Below, piece after piece: positions 29,015-32,000 of a stretch of 32,000 nt of DNA (the first letter of the stretch is position 1; every line of letters begins with the position of its first letter). Made by a program: the position numbers and the translations under genes. The notes beneath the pieces are model-generated. The model saw nothing but the letters and a program-made list of their open reading frames with translations, searched no databases and was not told where the DNA came from. Source of the stretch: Candidatus Midichloria mitochondrii IricVA (GTDB lineage Bacteria > Pseudomonadota > Alphaproteobacteria > Rickettsiales > Midichloriaceae); assembly GCF_000219355.1 (NCBI RefSeq), contig NC_015722.1, positions 840,001 to 872,000 on the forward strand, in the 5' to 3' direction.

Positions 29015-29800
29015 ATTAATAATAAATCCATTACTACCATTTAATGGTGAGAGCTCCAAAGGAGAAGCAAAAGAGAGGGAGGAAAGGGGATTTGCCAAAC
29101 CACCCTCGTACGCTTGCCCAGCATCAGCTCTCCCCCGGAGAAGCATTATATGCATTAATGATAAAATCAATTTCTACCAATCCAAATCAACATCCCCAGC
29201 AGAGGTAACACTAACACCTAATCCATCACTAGCGGCAATACCATTAATAACAAAACCATTAGAACCATTTAAGTTAGATATTTTAAAGAGGAAGTAAAAG
29301 AAGATTTTCCAAGTATCACCGCGACTTGACCTGCTCCTGATCTACTACTTGGATCAGCACTCCGTAATACCTAACACAAAGTATATCATCAAGTCCATCA
29401 CCCGTTAATACCTCCCAATATAGCGACAGAACCCCCTGCACTATCACCACTATTGGCACCATTTATGCTAAATCCGTTAGAGCCATTTAAAAAAGCCGAA
29501 AGTTCTAAAGCAGATGAGATGTAAAAGATGATTTACCAAATACTACATACGCCCGCCCAGCATCTCTCCTCCTGCTTGGAGTAGCCCATTCTGCTCCAAC
29601 GATAAAATCACTAACGCCATCTCTCCGTTTACATACTCACCTGTTGTAGCACCGGCATTCACCCATCCCCCGTCCATACCACCTCCACCAATACCATTAA
29701 CAGTAAAGCCACTACTGCCACTGAGTAGTTGTATTTTTAATGGTGAAGTAAAAGCAGTGCCTCCAGAAAACGAGTATATTCTTGAGTTATTTATGTCAAC
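29015..29800 (-). pseudogene. Third FG-GAP-repeat gene fragment, frameshifted, 3' end abutting the IS relic
   Basis: Minus-strand frames give SGGTAFTSPLKIQLLSGSSGFTVNGIGGGGMDGG, LNGSNGFSINGANSGDSAGGSV, NLNGSNGFVINGIAASDGLGVSVTSAGDV, and RADAGQAYEGG. These are FG-GAP units of the form LNGSNGF.ING....G.SV..AGDvNGDG..D.iiGA. Confidence 0.6.
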
Positions 29801-29952
29801 AACTATTTATAATATTTTTGCATTATTTTACAGCTCCAACACTTACACGTTGATTTATATAAACAATTCAATTCATAAATCATCCATGGGCACATAAGCA
29901 GCATATGAATTTTGTAAGGAAAGCTGGAGATTGAGGAAATGCTGAAGAAAAG

Positions 29953-30029
<77 letters not shown>

Positions 30030-30110
30030 GGGTCTTTCAACGGCCTTTCTATATCATTTAATAGAACCTTTCAAGTCTAAAATATAGCTAAACACTAGAT
30101 ATTTTTTTCG

Positions 30111-30278
30111 CTATTTAATAATGAAATGTAAAAAGGAAATAAAAATTAAAGGATAACTCACCGTTATTGCAACACCTGTCCCCGTACTCCTGTCTACTTT
30201 TTTTAAAGTATAATCTGAGTCTTTTAAAAGATCCTGTAAATCATTCAATTTTTTCTGTTCTATATTGCAATAAATCAT
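30111..30278 (-). CDS. Tiny orphan ORF (55 aa) with a C-terminal hydrophobic segment. Not in the supplied ORF track.
   Basis: MIYCNIEQKKLNDLQDLLKDSDYTLKKVDRSTGTGVAITVSYPLIFISFLHFIIK*. Co-directional with, and 56 nt downstream of, the 67-aa ORF. No homology that I recognise. Confidence 0.2.
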   Translation of the reverse strand: MIYCNIEQKKLNDLQDLLKDSDYTLKKVDRSTGTGVAITVSYPLIFISFLHFIIK

Positions 30279-30334
30279 TATGAAAATAATTATATTTCTC
30301 CAAAATCCTTAAATGACTATTAATAATGCCCCTC

Positions 30335-30538
30335 TCAATAATCCTTCTTAGAGTTTTTACAATTAATTCTCAAGTTATTATTATAAATTATCTTCTCTAC
30401 TTTTAGGGTTAATTCGTCTTCTATTAATTCACAGATAGCGATATACTTTTGTTCGGTAATCGACTGGGCTTTGCTAATAAAATTAATTATCTCTAACAAA
30501 TTATCTTGATTTATTTGCTGCATATTACTATTTACCAT
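30335..30538 (-). CDS. Small orphan ORF (67 aa), hypothetical
   Basis: ATG preceded by ataAGGAtgagttaact. Acidic, helical-looking: MVNSNMQQINQDNLLEIINFISKAQSITEQKYIAICELIEDELTLKVEKII.... No family recognised. Confidence 0.3.
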   Translation of the reverse strand: MVNSNMQQINQDNLLEIINFISKAQSITEQKYIAICELIEDELTLKVEKIIYNNNLRINCKNSKKDY

Positions 30539-30779
30539 AGTTAACTCATCCTTATAGTCAGTTTTAAAACTTAAAAAACTTATGAGACCTGGGTCATGCA
30601 GCAGCTCGCTTTAAATTTTTAGTGCTCTCCCCTATTATTTCTTCTAAAATACTTTTTAAATCGTAAAGACCCCATCGATATTCTTATTGTTGGACTTAAA
30701 CAGCGGTACGCCCTAAAACTTTATAAATAAATCTACTGCTGCCAGTGCCGAATCCCTCTTTCAAAAACTTCTTACAGTG

Positions 30780-31808
30780 AATTATATATTCGCATGCTTT
30801 TTTTGAGTGTCATCAGTAATAGACTCCTTAATAAAGCTAAAAAATTTGATTTTATTAAGTCAAGTACTGCGGGCCGCTGTAGGGCTTGACCTATCGCTGA
30901 AGGATAAATTCTTAACTCTAATTAAGGGCTGTTTATCCAAGTAAAGAATAATTGCTGCTAATCAAATCCTCCATTAATCTTGCTTATCCAAATTGTATTT
31001 ATAGTATTTCCAAGCTCAACATTTTTGGGAAGTAAAGCGTTTTCTTTTATAATATCTGGAATAGTATCTTGATAATTATTATAAATACTAAAGGGCACTA
31101 GGCTTAAAGCATAACAATCTGCTTTAAAAAGTCCTTAGAAAATTTATAGTTGGGTTGCTATGGGGTTTCAAAAAACAACTCTTGTGAGGCTTCGCAAGGC
31201 CCTGAAATAAATTCCCCTAATGGTAATCCCCTTCCACCTCATCAAAAAATATATTATCGAGATTCAAATTGCCATGCTGAATCTCTCTTTTATGTAGGTG
31301 CTCTAAAATATTGCAAATAGACCCATAAACCGTGTTTACGGAGCACTATATTTTCTTTAAACATTTCTATTTGGTCCCTTAATGAACGACCTTTTGGTTC
31401 ATTAAACACCATTAGGAGTTTCCTAGTGTTTGAGATTGGAATATATCCAATCTCAATAGGATTAACCATTCCTTTAATAGGATTTTTTACAAGCTAACAA
31501 TCTCTGGCAACATCACCCCATGGTCACTGCCGTGAAACAGTAACCCATAATAGGTTTGTTTATCCTTACCCCCGCTTTTCTCTTTAAACTACTGGCCTGG
31601 CCTAAAATACCGCCCCGATACAGTCCTACTCAAGGGGGGATAACTAGAACAATGAGCTAGGCAAGCCTTTTTGCTCCTATAACAATCAAACTTTTCTGGT
31701 CTTTTCCCGTATGTTAACCGTATAACGTTGATTAATACGACACTCTCCGGTAGAGACTGATATCAACCCATTTTCTAAAAAAGAATTTATATGAGCTGTA
31801 TCAGTCAT
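30780..31808 (-). pseudogene. Degraded eukaryotic-like Ser/Thr protein kinase gene (many frameshifts and stops). The 3' boundary is approximate.
   Basis: ATG at 31808, 5 nt after the bcp stop (MTDTAHINSFLENGL...). Kinase-like blocks lie in shifting minus-strand frames: LLMVFNEPKGRSLRDQIEMF (hinge region), ICNILEHLHKREIQHGNLNLDNIFFDEVEG (catalytic-loop-like, compare HxDLKPxN), LFQGLAKP (DFG-like region), KADCYALSLV.FSIY (subdomain IX-like). No ORF of 60 aa or more survives here. Confidence 0.4.
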
Positions 31809-31812
31809 CTTT

Positions 31813-32000
31813 CTATCCAGTAATGTGCTTCAAAATATTGGCTGCATGGCCAGTCACACTGACATTCTTCCATACCTTTTCTATAAATCCTTCTTCATTT
31901 ATCAAAAAGGTAGTTCTATTAATTCCCATATATTTTTTTCCGTACATGCTTTTTTCGCCCCAAACACCATAAGCTTCACAAGTACTACAATTCTCATCTG
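31813..32000 (-). CDS. bcp: Thiol peroxidase / peroxiredoxin Bcp. Only the C-terminal 61 codons are in the window.
   Basis: Minus-strand frame: DENCSTCEAYGVWGEKSMYGKKYMGINRTTFLINEEGFIEKVWKNVSVTGHAANILKHITG* (stop TAG at 31813-31815). It matches the Bcp C-terminal pattern (YGVWGEK...G..R.TFLID..G.I..V). Confidence 0.85.
   Translation of the reverse strand, partial: DENCSTCEAYGVWGEKSMYGKKYMGINRTTFLINEEGFIEKVWKNVSVTGHAANILKHITG

Noticed and set aside
30619-30627. ttagtgctc resembling a CIRCE half-site (TTAGCACTC)
   Set aside because: There is no inverted partner 9 nt away, and it is not upstream of a chaperone gene.

Overview
This is an AT-rich segment (roughly mid-30s %GC by eye) from an obligate-intracellular alphaproteobacterium of the order Rickettsiales. 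Three things support that placement: the partial citrate synthase is very close to Rickettsia GltA, there is an rvh-type VirB8/VirB9 pair, and the housekeeping set is compact. I cannot name the genus. A FliX-like ORF hints at a lineage that keeps flagellar genes, such as Midichloriaceae or a basal Rickettsiaceae.

Intact core genes:
- Plus strand: gltA (5' partial), an NfeD + SPFH/stomatin pair, sspB-like, fmt, mdh.
- Minus strand, a co-directional run: cca, FliX-like ORF, AEC transporter, hda, NDUFAF7/MidA-like methyltransferase, virB8, virB9.
- Minus strand, elsewhere: rplM-rpsI, gpsA, recJ, grpE, tRNA-Pro(UGG), bcp (partial at the window end).

The window is heavily scarred by one IS982-like insertion sequence. 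There are four near full-length copies and two end relics. None has an intact transposase frame, and most frameshift lesions are shared between copies.

IS ends abut:
- three fragments of a decaying FG-GAP/VCBS-repeat surface-protein family,
- a truncated transketolase pseudogene,
- a broken T4SS operon end.

A 626-bp near-identical direct duplication brackets rplM-rpsI plus one IS copy. It carries a 76-nt GC-rich palindrome.

The most interesting accessory locus lies between fmt and gpsA (about 17.4-22.7 kb). It holds multiply frameshifted orphan gene fragments and a large orphan, predicted helical protein. That protein is about 1,038 aa once a -1 shift at an A6GGT6 run is repaired, and it is a candidate secreted effector.

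Near tRNA-Pro there is a degraded eukaryotic-like protein kinase gene and two tiny orphan ORFs. No CRISPR array, rRNA or prophage structural genes were seen.
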